Shown piece by piece: positions 1-13,216 of a stretch of 64,000 nt of DNA. Position numbers and translations under genes: made by a program. The stretch covers positions 1,862,001 through 1,926,000 of the forward strand of contig MU058153.1 of the NCBI GenBank assembly GCA_013265495.1. The letters run 5' to 3'. The notes below the pieces were generated by a model. The model made no database searches. It was not told the origin of the DNA and saw nothing but the letters and a program-made list of their open reading frames with translations. How positions within the stretch are numbered: position 1 is the first letter of the stretch; each line of letters opens with the position of its first letter. This stretch comes from Vicugna vicugna (taxonomy: Eukaryota).

Positions 1-655
1 GGAAGGTAACTTCATGAGCAGAGACAGAGATTTCAGTCCCACCTCTCCCACCTCCTGACCTCCAGGGAGGGGAGAGAGGATAGAGGTTGAATCAATCGCC
101 AATGGCCAGTGACGTAATCCATCATGCCTCTGTGATGAAACCTCCATAAAAACTCAAAAGGACAAGGTTCAGAGAGCTCTGGGGTTGGTGTGTACACGCC
201 GATGCCGAGAGAGTGGCCCCCCCAGAGGGGGCATGGAGACTCCACCACTCTTCCCATATTGCTTCCCCTGCGCACCTCTTTCATCTGGCTATTCCTGAAT
301 TATATCCTTTTTTAATAATAAACCATTAATCTAGGAGGTAAAATGTTTCTCTGAGTTCTGTGAGCTTCTCTAGAAAATTCATCAAGCTCAAGGAAGGTGT
401 CATTAGAACCTCCAGCCTATACTAGGTTGGCGAGAAGCGCGGTTAACAACGTGGGCTTGTGATTGGCATTTGAAGTGTGTGCGGGTAGAGCAGTCTTATA
501 GGACTGAGCCCTTACCCTGTGGGATCTGATGCCATCTCCAGGTAGATGGTGTCAGAACTCAGTTGAATTTTAGAATACCTAACTGATGTCCAAAATGTGG
601 GAACTTTCCCCTAACCCCAAATACACAACATATATTGGAATTAATTGGTGATCAG
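1..655 (+). mobile_element. ERVL-class LTR, MER21-like (5' part runs off window)
   Basis: Diagnostic MER21-like text 'ctccagggaggggagagagg...gttgaatcaatcgccaatggcc...cctccataaaaactcaaaagg', AATAAA near 317, and a terminus like 'ttggtgatcaga'. Confidence 0.75.
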
Positions 656-674
656 AAAGCTGAAAAGGCATTTC

Positions 675-1340
675 GCGCAGTAAGCTTTGGATTTTGACAA
701 ATGCAGGCTTTAAATCCGAGTTTGCCAAAGGAAAGTTGTGAAATCTTTTTTTTTTCTAATTTGTCAACCCTAATACGCTTCAGTTTCATCCTCAATAAAA
801 TAGCGATCATGATATCTACCTTCCGGAGGGTGAATGGTTGTCCTCCAAAATATACGTCCAGCATCTACTTCTCAGAACCTGCGAACGTTACCTTCTTTGG
901 AAAAAGAGTCTTTGCACATGGAACAAAAGTAAGAATCTTGAGATGAAATCATCCTGAGTGGGCCCTAAGTCCAATGACAAGTGTCCTTATAAAAGTATGG
1001 CAAAGAGAAATTCAGTACAAAAAGAGGAAGAGACAATATGACCACTGAAGCAGAGACTGGAGTGATGGGGCCATGAATCAAGGAATGAGGACACACCCAG
1101 AGCTGGAAGAGGCAAAGAATGCATTCTTCCCCACAGCTTCCAGAGGGAGGAAGAACCTGCTGAAAACTTGATTTTAGACTTCCAGCCTTTAGAGCTGTGA
1201 GACAGTACATTCCTATTGCTTTAAGTTGTTCATTGTAGTACTTTGTGACAGCAGCGCTAGGAAATTCTATACACAGAGTCGCTGTGAGGACTAAATGAAA
1301 CAATGCAGAGCTCTTGAAAAAATAAGCCTTAGCAATGAGA
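675..1340 (+). mobile_element. MIR SINE split by an MLT1 insertion (halves ~675-825 and ~1274-1340)
   Basis: MIR core 'cttcagtttcatcctcaataaaatagcgatcatgatatctacc' resumes after the LTR as 'gtcgctgtgaggactaaatgaaacaatgca'. Confidence 0.6.
826..1273 (+). mobile_element. MaLR solo LTR (MLT1B/C-like)
   Basis: 'tgaatggttgtcctccaaaa...aaaagagtctttgca...cttgagatgaaatcatcctg...gacttccagcct...tttgtgacagcagcgctaggaaattctataca'. Confidence 0.8.
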
Positions 1341-1579
1341 TACACACATAACACATATATACAGAAGTAATTCCAGAGGTTCCTTGCCAGTAATATTTAT
1401 GCTGCTATGACTAAAAGGTCTGTTTCTATGTTTGCCTCATCCAGTTTGTTTTCCTCTATCAGCCTGGTACTGCTTGCTTTGTAGTTTTTGTTTGTTTTTA
1501 ATTTAGCTCTCAATTGTTACAGTGTCTACCGCAAACTAAGGCTTTTAAACCAAGTAGCTGTTTGGTACATTGGACTGGA

Positions 1580-1800
1580 TGTGAGATTTTGACTAGGAAT
1601 CAGACCAAACTGCAGTCTCATTTCACTACCTCCTGTAGCTACCCCGGTGTTGGGGCAAGTATCATGTTCTCTTTCTAATTCATCCCCTCACCTAAGAAAT
1701 GAGGGTAGTGCCATCCATTTTATGGGGTCACTGTGAGGATTAGCGAAAATGACATTCAAGTGCCCCCAGCATGATAAACACTAAATAGGTTGCGATGCTT
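1580..1800 (+). mobile_element. MIR SINE
   Basis: 'ggaatcagacc...ttggggcaagt...ctgtgaggattagc' resembles the MIR core. Confidence 0.55.
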
Positions 1801-1964
1801 TTGCTCTCATCATGCGTGTGTACATTTTCCCGGGGTTTTGCTTTTTAATTCAAGGAATCACTAACTGTATAAAATCAGAATTATGCTCAATTACAGCTGA
1901 AACGCCTGCTTCAAGGTGGCCTCAAACTTTTTTCTGAAAGCACTCTATTTGTGCTTTTACTCCT

Positions 1965-2665
1965 TTTGTTTTTTTAATTGAAGTATATATAGTCTGTTAC
2001 AGTGTGCCAATTTCTGGTGTACAGCATAATGATATGTATATATATATATATATATATAATTCATTTTCATATTCTTTTTCATTAAAGGTCATTACAAGAT
2101 ATTGAATATAGTTCCCTACATAGAAGAAATTTGTTTCTTATCTATTTTTATATATAGTGGTTTGCACTATAGTCATTTGCAAATCTCAAACTACCAAATT
2201 TATCCCTTCCCACCCTCTTTCCCCTGGTAACCATAGGATTGCTCACTATGTCTGCGAGTCTGTTTCTGTTTTGTACATGAGTTCATCTACAAAGATCCAA
2301 AAAAGTGTCCTCTTTTATCTTTTTTTTTGTTTTCAGATTCCACGCATGAGTGATATCATATGGTATTTTTCTTTCTGTTTCTGGCTTACTTCACTTAGAA
2401 TGACGACGATCTCCAGGTCCATTCGTGTTGCTGCAAATTTTTTTTTTTATCACTGAGCAGTATTCCATTGTATAAATATACCACAACTTCTTTATCCAGT
2501 CATCTGTCAATGGACATTTAGGTGGCTTTCATGTCTTGGCTATTGGATATGTTGCTGCAATGAACAATGGAGTGCATGTATTTTTTGAATTAAGGGTCCC
2601 CCTGGATATGTGCCCAGGAGTGGGGTTGCTGGATCATATGGTGAGTCTATATTCAGTTTTTTGTG
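1965..2665 (-). mobile_element. L1 LINE 3' end (artiodactyl/camelid-type 3'UTR), 5'-truncated
   Basis: Poly-T then 'aattgaagtata...tctggtgtacagcataat...cacttagaatgac...tttatccagtcatctgtcaatggacatttagg...ctggatcatatggtgag'; internal (TA)n near 2037-2058. Confidence 0.85.
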
Positions 2666-2789
2666 CTTTTACTCTTTCATCTCTGTAAACAGCAATAGGG
2701 TGGTATGGCATGATGTATACTCTTTCATTTGTTTGGTTGGTTGGTTCTTATTTTGGGGGGCTTGGTAGTTTGTGTTTGGACCTGAAACA

Positions 2790-3225
2790 GTCCTTTGTTT
2801 TTCTCCCTGTTTTGTAGGAGACAGAAGCCTGGAAACTACATTTCCCAGAATCCCTTGCCAGCAGAGTTCAGGTTTAGAATCAGCCAGGGAGACAAGTGCC
2901 TGTGAGATCTGGAGAAGGGTGGTGAAGGAGAAGTCAGTGTGGCTTCTCTGCCACTGTCTGGCATGTGATTCTGCAGAAGGGTGATGCCTGGTTTTCCAGT
3001 GGCTCTGGAAAATTCTCCAATGACTCACTTAAGTGATGCAGGAAACAGTTTCATGTGATTTCTACAGCTTCCAGATTTTCTGAGATCAATGGCTTTACCA
3101 GATGTATACTCTTCCAGTCTCTCCAATGAATGTGTGAATGTGTAAGCCACAAAACCCTGAATTAAACTTCTTCCTGTCTGAAATTCATAGTTTTATGTTT
3201 TCCTGACAAAACTTTATCTGATACA
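2790..3225 (+). mobile_element. ERVL LTR (LTR33/LTR16-like)
   Basis: 'ggaaactacatttcccagaatcccttgccagcag' motif and a 3' end 'tttcctgac...ctgataca'. Confidence 0.6.
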
Positions 3226-3904
3226 GCTGAATAGAAAGCTATTTTTTAAAAAATTTGGAAAATTGGAAACCAGAAGTTATTCAAAGCTTCACCATCATGA
3301 AATGTTGACAATATTTTAGTATATTAGTTTTGTATCTTTTTTCTACTAAAAAACAACATAGTACACTGTGCAACTAATATTCGTTTGCCAAAGCTTACAC
3401 GTCCCCCTTTTCCAGAGAGAGATATTATTGAGTTTGATTGTATTCTTCAAGACCATTTTTATACTTTCCATAAAAATATCTGTATCCATTTGAAATTATC
3501 ATATTCGTTTTTATACAAATGGTATGAAGCAAACTGATAGTAGCTCATTGCTAATTTCTGTGCATATCGTTCTGCAATTTGCTATATAGACTTATTAGCG
3601 GCAGGTGACTAATAAGTATTTGATGACTGTGCAAATAAGAACACACTGTGTTTTAAACTAATAATGCGGATGCATTCACATACAACACACCACTTTTTAC
3701 TGCTCTATTATAATCTATAATTGCTTTAATAAACACGGTAGTATTTAGCTCTTTGTGAAACTTTGCTTCACATTAGAATCACTTCAGGAGCTGAGTTCCA
3801 GCAATAAATGTTGTTTTATTAAATGTGGAGAGTGGTCCAGGTATTGGATTTTGAGTGTCACCAGTGATTCTATTATGCAGCTAAGGGAGAAAACCACTGC
3901 TATA

Positions 3905-4025
3905 GGTAGTACTTCTCCAATGTTCATGCATAAAAATCACCTGGGAATCTGGTTAAAATGCAGATTTTGATTCTAGGTCTGGAAAACACTCCATACTGGA
4001 TTCCTAACAAGCTCCACAGTGATCT
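3905..4025. mobile_element. MER5A-like hAT-Charlie MITE
   Basis: 'aatcacctgggaatctggttaaaatgcagatt...taacaagctcc'. Confidence 0.7.
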
Positions 4026-4789
4026 GACAAGATTTTCAAATTATTACCACTGATATATGAGAGGGAGTTTTGGTTTTTGTTTTAGTCTTCTATTCTGCTA
4101 AAGTGTTAGAGCTAATAGCTTCTCAGTTGGCTCTCGTCTACTTTCTAAATAAATAATTGAGTCACATGAAAATAACAGCAAGTTTGCCATTCGATTTTGT
4201 CAGTCTGTTCAATCACAATATCTTTATTTGCTATGAATAGGATGCTTATTACAAAATCAAACATATTCAGTAATAGTGAGCCTTGTTATATTTTTCATTT
4301 TTACAAAGAATACATATTTCATCATTAAGCTGGATTTTTGTTTTATGTTTTATTAATAATCATGTATTAAGCTAAAGAAATTGTATAGTACTACTAGCAT
4401 GAGGAGTAATTTTTTATTGCAAACATATGATAATTTTAGAGAAGAGTTTTTGGCATCTATCAGCAAATCACGTGGTTTTTTGTTTTTTGTTAATAAAATA
4501 AAATACATTAGTTTTGAATTATCTTTTTTTTCAACATTCTACAATTTTCTGTGTTCTAGAAGACTTTGTATAGAATGGGTGTTTTTCATCCTTGAATACT
4601 GAAACTCACTTGTAAAACTGAGTTTTGTGAATTATTTATGTCAGTGTTCTCATTTTGTTAATGGTTAACAGTGATCTTGTTTTCTAATTTATCTAGGCTG
4701 CTTTGGACATTTACATTTTTCTAGAAAAGAGCTCACATCATTGAGGATATCAAGTGCTGGCAAGGGCAGGGAGTAAATTAATACATTGT

Positions 4790-5480
4790 TGAAAAGGATG
4801 TAAATTGTTTGAAAAATAAAAAGCATGTATCTCCTCAAACTAGACATGTGCATATCCCAAGGATCAGAAATTCCTCTAAGGTGTATATATATATAATTAA
4901 ATGTATATATGTACATATACATACATATAAAAATTCATATATATACACACATATAAATACATATATAGTACATATATAAATACTATACATATATATATAG
5001 TGCAAAAGTTAAGTTTTTGTTTCCAAAGAAAGTCTTAAACAAAATATGTTAAGAGTAATTTCATTCATGATAATTAAATACTGGAAATAACTCTAATGTC
5101 TATTAAGATAAAAATACATAAACAAATTGTGGTATATTTATATAAAGGAATAATAATCCATTGCAATAAAGAACAAATTTCTGTTACATGTAAGAATATG
5201 GCTGAATTTCAGACACAAAATATTGAACATAAGATGCCAGACATAAAAAGATGCATACTGGATAGTACTACTTATATGGCGGTCAAGAAGGCAAAACCAA
5301 ACTGTCTAGATGGAAATCAAATGTGTGATTAATTATGAGGGGACATTTGAATGGAGAGGGACTTCAGCAATCTTCTAGGGTGTTGGAAATCTGACTGGTG
5401 GGTACATGTATATATACATATGTAAAAATTATAAGCCGTACTGAAAATCTCCACGATTTATTTCTATTGTACTTCATCCA
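4790..5480 (+). mobile_element. Old L1 (L1MC/ME-like) 3' region with internal AT-rich simple repeat (~4884-5000)
   Basis: 'aaattcctctaaggt...ctggaaataactctaatgtctatta...aaattgtggtatattta...gccagacataaaag...ggcaaaacca'. Confidence 0.65.
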
Positions 5481-6907
5481 AAAGGAAATTTTTTTAAAGG
5501 GAAAAATTTGTGAGGTACATACCTACCTGTTCTTACTGGAAAGAGCTGTAGGATAAAACATGTCGACTTTTAAATTTTTCGTGGATAAAATATGGTATCT
5601 GTGATGTCAACAAAAGGATGCTATACACATACATAAACACATTTCATTATATTTTTGATTTGTGTGTGTGTGTTTGTGTATGTATGATAGAATATACTTA
5701 TGTACCATTGTATATTTGTTCTTGAAGAATAGACAAATCTTCCTTTTATGGGTGGTTATTATGGGCACAGAAAAGCTGGAGGTAGTGGATAAGAAAGAAT
5801 GTATTTGTCTTTTATGGTATCTCTGTATGAAATGCATTTTTAATTATCTCAGTGTATTTCTAACATTTAGTTTTGAAAAATAATAACCAAAAAATTTGGG
5901 AAGAGTACTTACAGATCAGTTTCATCTTCTTTTTTTTTTACTTTTCTATATTTTAAATGTCTATTAAGGGTTACAAAACATAATGTACATTTTATAAATG
6001 TTATTACCGTTGTTATGATTAGAGGACAATGCATTATTGCCTTTGATTTGCACCAGGCTAGAGCCCTCTGTACCAGGTATTTGGAAAGGAAAATCCCTAA
6101 GATTAGTCTTCTGATGACGAGGATTGCATTGTGTCAGCTTTTGTTTCTCCATTCTGGAGTATTGTTTATACTACTTCCTTTCATACTTAACTGGTTTTAT
6201 TCCTAATAGGTGACCCAGCGTCTATCTGGCAAATGTTTGGAGGATGTAACCTTCCCATTTGCTGCTAAAAAGAACAAAAATTCTCTCATTTTATTGAATT
6301 GCCCAACATCTCCCGTCACCTAGATATTATATACTCAAAATAGTTCTCATGTAAGACTAGTATACACTCTTTTCAGCCCAATATTCATGAAATATTACTA
6401 AAAAGAGCATTTCTACTAAGCATAGCTATAGAAAACATAAAATTATCTAAAAACAGAATTTCTGTAATAGGATTTTTGCACTTGAACATATTTTATAGTG
6501 GGTGACGTAGTTTTTGCAGATTTGTTAACTGAAATTTGTATGAATTAGAGAATAATTTCAATTCCATTGAATTAGAAATTTAGAGTGAAACTTCAGTTAC
6601 CGTTCTGGTGGTAAGTTTGGGTTCCAAAGTTTTAAATTGTATTTAGGGACAAAAATTATATAAAAGCACAATGTAAGAAATCTTGCCAGAAGAAAAATGT
6701 TAAACAATTTATAAATCTATCAGTGGAAGATTAATTAATTAGCAAGTTAAATTATGGAGCTGAAATTTCAAGCATAAATTGTAAAAGAACAAAGTAGTTT
6801 CATATTTACTCTTACAGACAATTTTTTACAATAGGTCCTTATGAAGCGGACAACCATTACAATTGATGCTCAAAAATAATAACATGAAAAAGTGTATGTC
6901 TGTCTGT

Positions 6908-6908
6908 C

Positions 6909-6940
<32 letters not shown>
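6908..6940. repeat. (TG)n microsatellite
   Basis: Direct reading. Confidence 0.95.
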
Positions 6941-7459
6941 TATTTAAAAGCTTTTGTATATAAAAAAGATTTAGAAAGAACATCAAATGGTAACTCTTGG
7001 CTACCACCAGAGAAGACATTAGGATTCGTGGATGATCAATGTGGAAGGCAATGGGCTTTAACTCCTAAATTTTACTTCATTTGCATGAAAGAATTTGTTT
7101 ACATTACTTCATAAATAAGCAAACAGTTATGCAGCATGTCTGTTATAAAAACAATCTCCTACAATGGTATCTGATTTTCTAAACTATTAGTGCAAAGAAA
7201 GAAAAGCCTGCCTCTGTTGAAATAAAATCTCAAACTGACAATGCTTTATCTGTCACATATCATCCTGATGGTCACCCACACAGCCACTTTAAAATCCATT
7301 TTGAAAACAAACCATGATGCTCTGTTTTTAAAAATAAGTACGTAATCTTCCCCAGTTTGAGAGAAATGAGCCAGTGGACCCAAATCATAGTTGTAGTCAG
7401 TGTTTTTCCAGAGTGTTAATTTCTTTCTGAAGGCTATGCTCCCTGCATCAGAATATAGG

Positions 7460-7815
7460 CATCTTACCCCCGTTTCTTCCAGTACTTCTGTGTTTACTTA
7501 CCGAGCAGGACTGAAACGGAGACGTCTAGTGAAGCGGCTTGAGAGTGAAATGTGCAAGGGGGAAGTGATCAGAATGGTCCTACATGGAGCGACCGCTCCC
7601 TTGAGCTGGCCGAACACAGAGGACTTGAACTTTGTGAGAAGAGCACCTCCTCTGCGAACACAGCCCTTTCAGTCAGTGGAACACTTCGCAGCTGCTCTCT
7701 TAAACCAAACTGCCTTTCGTTTTCTGAATTACGTGGAATGAAGAACAACAGCAGTCAAATGCCTGTTGCTGGGACGTTTGACCGAAGTGTGGCATGGAAA
7801 CTCAAGACGAAAAAT
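7460..7815. promoter_or_regulatory. Putative promoter/enhancer: local CpG enrichment, PU.1/ETS-like site, minus-strand splice donors
   Basis: About 15 CpG in ~340 bp of apparently non-repeat DNA; AAGGGGGAAGTG at 7556-7567; minus-strand donors TCG|GTAAGT (7502/7501) and GGG|GTAAGA (7468/7467). Confidence 0.35.
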
Positions 7816-8059
7816 GAAATGGAATGAATGAGACCAGTCAACAGACAGGATACAGTAAAACAAAGTCATAGGAAAGAAGGACCTTTGACACCTGAGTTAG
7901 TTTCTACTGCTGCTCTCCTATTTATCCAGAGCCAATCTTACATCAAATACTATTTTTGAATACAGCAGATGCTTCAAATAGGCTATTCCTTGACTCAATC
8001 TCTTTCTCTAGATGCTGTAGAGCACAAAAGAATGATAAGGCTTAGCAATTTTGTCCCAG

Positions 8060-8560
8060 CTCTACATCCGGTTTTGAAGTAACCCTTCGTCTAAAGTACC
8101 CCTTCTAAGCGTGGTCTGTCAGATCTGGCTTCCATGTGTTCTCTCTCCTCGTCTCCTACGTTTCCTTTCCTTTCATTAACTTCCAGTCACTCTGGCCTCC
8201 TCTCTATTCCTGGGAACTGCCAAACTCACTTTTGCCCCACAACACTGAGGTTTCCTCCCCTGCCTGCCTGGAACGTTCTTCCCTTGGATCTTTACGTATT
8301 TGATTCTTTTAGCCATTCCCATCACAGTTCAGATATGCTCTCTCCAGAGAGACTTGGCTAAACACCCTATTTAATGTTGTCTGTTACACATGCTGTCTCC
8401 TACTATCAAGTTTTAATTTCTTAACACAGATCATGTTCTGAAAATAACTGATTTACTCGTTTACTGTTCATTTTCTGATTCTTCCAGTGGATTATTAAAA
8501 CTGGGAGAGTAGGGACTCTGTTTTGTGAACTTCTTCATCACCAGCTCATCGGACATTTCT
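8060..8560 (+). mobile_element. L2 LINE 3' fragment
   Basis: 'ccagtcactctggcctcct...ctgcctggaacgttcttccc...gagagtagggactctg'. Confidence 0.65.
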
Positions 8561-8964
8561 TAAAAGTCTGACAAATGAACTCATCAGTATAAAATGTCTA
8601 TTAGTTGTGATTCAAAAGGAACAATTTGAGTTTCTTGGACACTAATAGATGAAATGGAATTAGAGCTAGAAGGTCATGGTCCTAAGGACATCAAACTAAA
8701 AAATATTTGATAAGAAACTGTTTAAATCCTGAACTTGTTAGAACAGAGCTTTGTAAATTCTGGGATCCACTTTGAGGATCAAGATATGCTCAGTCTTCCT
8801 AGGTTAAAGGCTCTCAGAGTTGACATCTTCCACTTGAAAAAAAAGGGGACCAAACATCCTTGGCTTGGATTGTTGTTTGGAGCTGTCTGTCTTTTGAGAA
8901 TGAGGCACCTTGAAAGAGAAACAGCCTACCTGGGTGTGTTTTCTTTGTCTTTTCTTCTCCTCCA

Positions 8965-9415
8965 TTTAAAAAAAAATTGAAGTGAAATACACATAACAAA
9001 AAACTAAGCTTTTTAAAATATACATTTCAGTGACATTTAGTATATTCACAATGTTGTACAACTACCACCTGTGTTTAGTTCCAAAACATTTTCATCACTG
9101 CAAAATGGAACCCCGTAGTTACTCCACATTCTCCCACTTCCCCAGCCCCTCGTGACCTCCTGTCTGTTTTCTGTGCCTACGGATTTACCTCTTCTGGATA
9201 TTTCATATAAAAAGAATCATCCAATATGTTACCTTTTGTGTCTGGCTCTTTTCAACTAGAATAAAATTTTCAAGGCTCATTAACATGGTAGCACACATCA
9301 ATACTTCCTTCCTCTACATTGCAGAATAATATTTTGTTTATCCATTTATTTGTTGATGGACATTTGGATTGTTTTCACTTTTTGGCCCCAGCGAATAGCA
9401 CTGCTATGTACTTGG
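8965..9415 (-). mobile_element. L1 (L1MB-like) 3' end
   Basis: 'aattgaagtgaaatacacataac...gacatttagtatattcacaatgttgtacaactaccacc...ttgatggacatttggattgttt'. Confidence 0.8.
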
Positions 9416-9939
9416 GTATGGCTTTAAAAGGATAATAAATACAGCCCACTCTTGACTCAAAAGTTTAGTGCTAATGGTAAGCATATTGCAGCAAGAACTA
9501 TTCACTCTCTGTTATTGATATTTCTCTGTATCTTCAGTGGTGAAAAAAAATTCTTGACATTTTAAGTGATTGATTGATTAATTGGAGCTCTGTATTAGGG
9601 CTCAAAGATCAGCTCAGAAGGAAGATAGACCACCAAGCTGGGAACCCTTGTTACAGAACTTTGTGAACTCTTACTTACATTTAATTTTTATTATGTGTGG
9701 AGATACCTATTTGGATATGTGTTCTTCCAGGTTAGAACTGGGTCACGTTCCTCTTTGTTGTTTTGACTTCGATCTCTGAGGCTGATGCACAGGAGACAGT
9801 TGATAAATGACATGATTTGGATGAATACATTCATACATCTATGAATAAACCGAGGAAAACAATTGGAACAGAACTCTGAAAAAGAGAGGCGATTGTGGTA
9901 ATTTTTAAAGAAGAGAGAGAAAGAATAAGGATCTGTATC

Positions 9940-10497
9940 TGTGTGGTAAACAGCGTCTAAAAGGGACTCCAAGGATCCCTGTCTTCTTCCTGACACTTAC
10001 ACCCTTACGTAATCCCCTCCTCCTGGGCGTGGGCTGGGTCTACTGACTTGCTTCTGATCAATAGAATAGTGATGGGATATTGACATTTAGATTACAAGGG
10101 ATTATGGTGTAGAGCTTTTTCACTCTCTTGTTGTCTCTCTCTGTGTTTTTCCTACTTGGTCAGTCTGGTGAAGTTAGCTGCCATGTTTTGAGCTGTACTG
10201 TGGGGAAGCCCACATTGAAAGGAAATTAGGAAAGATTTTATCCAATTGCCAACAAGTTCCTCAGGTCCTCAATCCAACAGCCAGCCCAAACTGAATCCTG
10301 CTACCAACCATGTAAGGGAGCTTAGAAAAATCCTTTCTCCCATTGATCTTGCATTACTAGTTCTGGCCAACAGTTTGACTGTATCCAGAGAAGCCATCTA
10401 AAGGGCACCTGAACCAAAGAAACTATGAGATAATAAAGGTTTTTGTTTAGGCTGCCAAGTTTGGAATAATTTGTTGCACAGAGAGAGATAACTACAT
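9940..10497 (+). mobile_element. MaLR solo LTR (MLT1F/G-like)
   Basis: 'tgtggta...cacccttacgtaatcccctcc...ctgaatcctgctaccaaccatg...aagtttggaataatttgttgcaca...gataacta'. Confidence 0.75.
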
Positions 10498-11251
10498 AGA
10501 CCTGGGACAGAGATGAAAGAAAAAGGGGCCTCTAGAAGAGGTTTTATGTTGGAGCAACTTAAGACCCATCTATGATTTCAGAAAAATCTACAAATTCTAC
10601 ACTTAATTTTGAATAACCTGCTTCTTTTTACATTGAATATTATTTCCAGTCATTTGAAGTTGTATCCTAGGTCTTAAGTAATTACCAAGTAAACCATGCA
10701 GCTAATGTGGTTAAAAAATTGCATTTAACCAAGTAAGGAATTTGGAAATTTGGACTGTGTGAGTCTGTGGGAGAGCAAATTTGGGAGTGAAAGGAAAGCT
10801 TACAGTAGGCTGTGTTAGCTCTACTTTAGTGTGCATGGACAAATTTGAGTATAGAATAAAGTTTCATTACTAAAAAAAAAAAACTAGCCACTTTTATAGG
10901 TAGAAACATCTTGGGGCACAAATTTTTATTATAAGAAAACTTATTTGAGCATCTTTCCTTATATATGTTAACACAAGACCCATAGACAAACCTTGTCCTT
11001 GGAAGAGGACATAAAATGACATCGGTCCACTATTTGGTTTGCTTCTTCTGTGTTCCTGCCCTTAGCATGCAGCCGTCTAGGGATGAGGGTGGCCCAATGA
11101 AGTATGGAGCTCAAGAATTTTGGGGGGAAAAAAAAAGAAAGAAAGACTGAAATCCAATCCTGGTTTTCCATGAGATTCAAAGGTTGGGGACATCTTAGGG
11201 AGTGAACTGTGGTGTCCATGACCAAGATCTTTCCTTTAGAAAGAATATCAT

Positions 11252-11757
11252 TTTGTTGGGGGTCCTCAAGGTCACATTTAGGCTCATGATTTTCTAGAAG
11301 GACTCAAAGAACTCAGAAAAGCTGTTATACTCAGGGTTACGGCTTATTACAGGAAAAGGATGCTGATCAAAACCAGCAATGGAAAAGCTGTGTAAAACAG
11401 AGGCTGGGAGAAACCAGGGCCAGTCTTCCAGTTGTCCTTTCCAGGTGAAGTGACATGAAGGTCCTGTTAACTGATTCTAGCACTTTAACCTCTGGTTCCC
11501 CAGAGGTCAGACTAATGTAGCATAGATTAGGACTCTAAGTAAACAAAAACAGGTATTAACCAGAAATCATATTATTGCATAATTTTTCTGTGATGGCTCA
11601 AAGTCTCAGGTGTATGAAGACTCCCTTATCAGTCAGGATGTTCCAAGAACTTAGAAGTTGCCTTCCAGGAGCTGGTCAAGGGCCAGAGCTGAAGACTTTT
11701 AGAATGTGGAGGGCTTAGAGCAACGCAGGCATGTTAAATTAACCCTTGACTGAACTA
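11252..11757 (-). mobile_element. ERVL LTR (MER21/MER77-like)
   Basis: 'ctagaaggactcaaagaactcagaaaagctgttatactcagggttacggcttattacag...ttaacccttgactg'. Confidence 0.65.
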
Positions 11758-13180
11758 TCAGTGTGGAAGTTACCATGAGGAAAAAGGATTCTGGACTGGA
11801 AAGGGAGTGCTAAGAGCAGGGTCCTCAGGGTGCACAGCAGCAAAGATGGACTGGCTAACTTTGTTTGAAGCTTCATAGGTCCCAGCTTAGTTCTTCGTGG
11901 ATAAGTCTGGAACATTTACGTGTGAATTAAAAGAGCTTTGCGATGGATCAATCACGTTAGGAAGTATGAGCTCCTAATCCCCTCTCACATCCACTCCCGA
12001 GTCCATCTTTTAGTATTTTCCTTTATTTCCAAAAATAAGGCATCTAATTTTAGTATTTGAATCTAGCAAGGAAGGAAAAAAAAAAGGGTGGATTTTTAAT
12101 TCTAGTGGGATCACCATGTCCACTTTGTCAGATACAGTTAGGTATCACAGAGCTTCGATTCCAATTAGAAGTCAGTAAGAATCTCCTGCTCTTAGAAGCA
12201 GGAAGAAAAAAAAATACAATTTGAGAAACTTTGATGAAGCTGTCATGCTCTAAAAGTCACAGACTCCTCTGGAGACAAAGGTAATATTACGGATAAGAAT
12301 AAGTCTTCATCAGTAAAGAAAGAACTCTTTCTCTTAGACAAGTAGAAAAGCAGAATAAAAGTTGTTAAAATGATTCAGTAAAACTGAACAAAAACAACCC
12401 TTTCAATGGTTCTTGTCAATTTTAGCACAACCAAGTTTGCCTCCCAAAAACGGCCTAATCATCGCTGCCTAATTGTTCCAGAAGGTGAACACTAACCCTT
12501 TGAGTTTTCTGACGTTTTACCGTATTTCCAGAAACACTCTTGATGTTGTGTATTCACTTAAGGATTCCACAGCAATCCGGATTTTTTTTCAGGGAATCAG
12601 TTCCATGAGAAAGGATACTGTTATCTTAAATAGATCCATTTGCGATTGAAAAGGGAGAGCGGGTTTAAATTACTGTTACCTTGGTATACTTATTTAAAAA
12701 TGTATTGACTCAATAACATTATCTGCTTATTCAGTTGTTACAGTCACACAAACGTCTCGCACTTGCGCAGATGTTACTGGTCCCTGCTTTGCACGTGTGG
12801 ATGTTGCAACTGCTGAATCTTTATCCGTTCTTGGAATCAGCTTCTTATTGCAGAGAACTGTTATTTGTTTCCTTTCCTTTTTAAGTTGATAGAAAATGGC
12901 TTCTTGTCTGCAAGGGGGTAATCTCCTTAGTCTTTGTAAGTTTCCAACATTTGTTTTTCATGACAGTTTGTTTGTTTCCTACAAATATTTAATAGGAACC
13001 CAAGCTTAAATCATGGGAGCTGATTGAGTTATCTATTTAAAACTGGCACCTTTTGGCAGTCGTATTTAAATCCTTGAATATATTTCAAAGTTGTTTCGGT
13101 CCTACAATTTTCAGCTAACTTCTTTTACTTAACATTCATTTTTTCTCTCTTTCTCTCTCTCTTCCCACTTTATCTACACA

Positions 13181-13181
<1 letters not shown>

Positions 13182-13215
<34 letters not shown>
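13182..13215. repeat. (CA)n microsatellite
   Basis: Direct reading. Confidence 0.95.

Positions 13216-13216
<1 letters not shown>

Noticed and set aside
965..1354. 129-aa minus-strand ORF
   Set aside because: Lies over an MLT1 LTR and MIR; repeat-derived chance ORF
7400..7827. Overlapping 113-aa and 91-aa plus-strand ORFs
   Set aside because: No recognisable homology or splice context; explained by locally higher GC
12680..12978. Possible minus-strand exon (tttgtag|...AAG|GTAACA)
   Set aside because: Weak polypyrimidine tract, stops in all frames from the acceptor and no recognisable product; not supportable without RNA data
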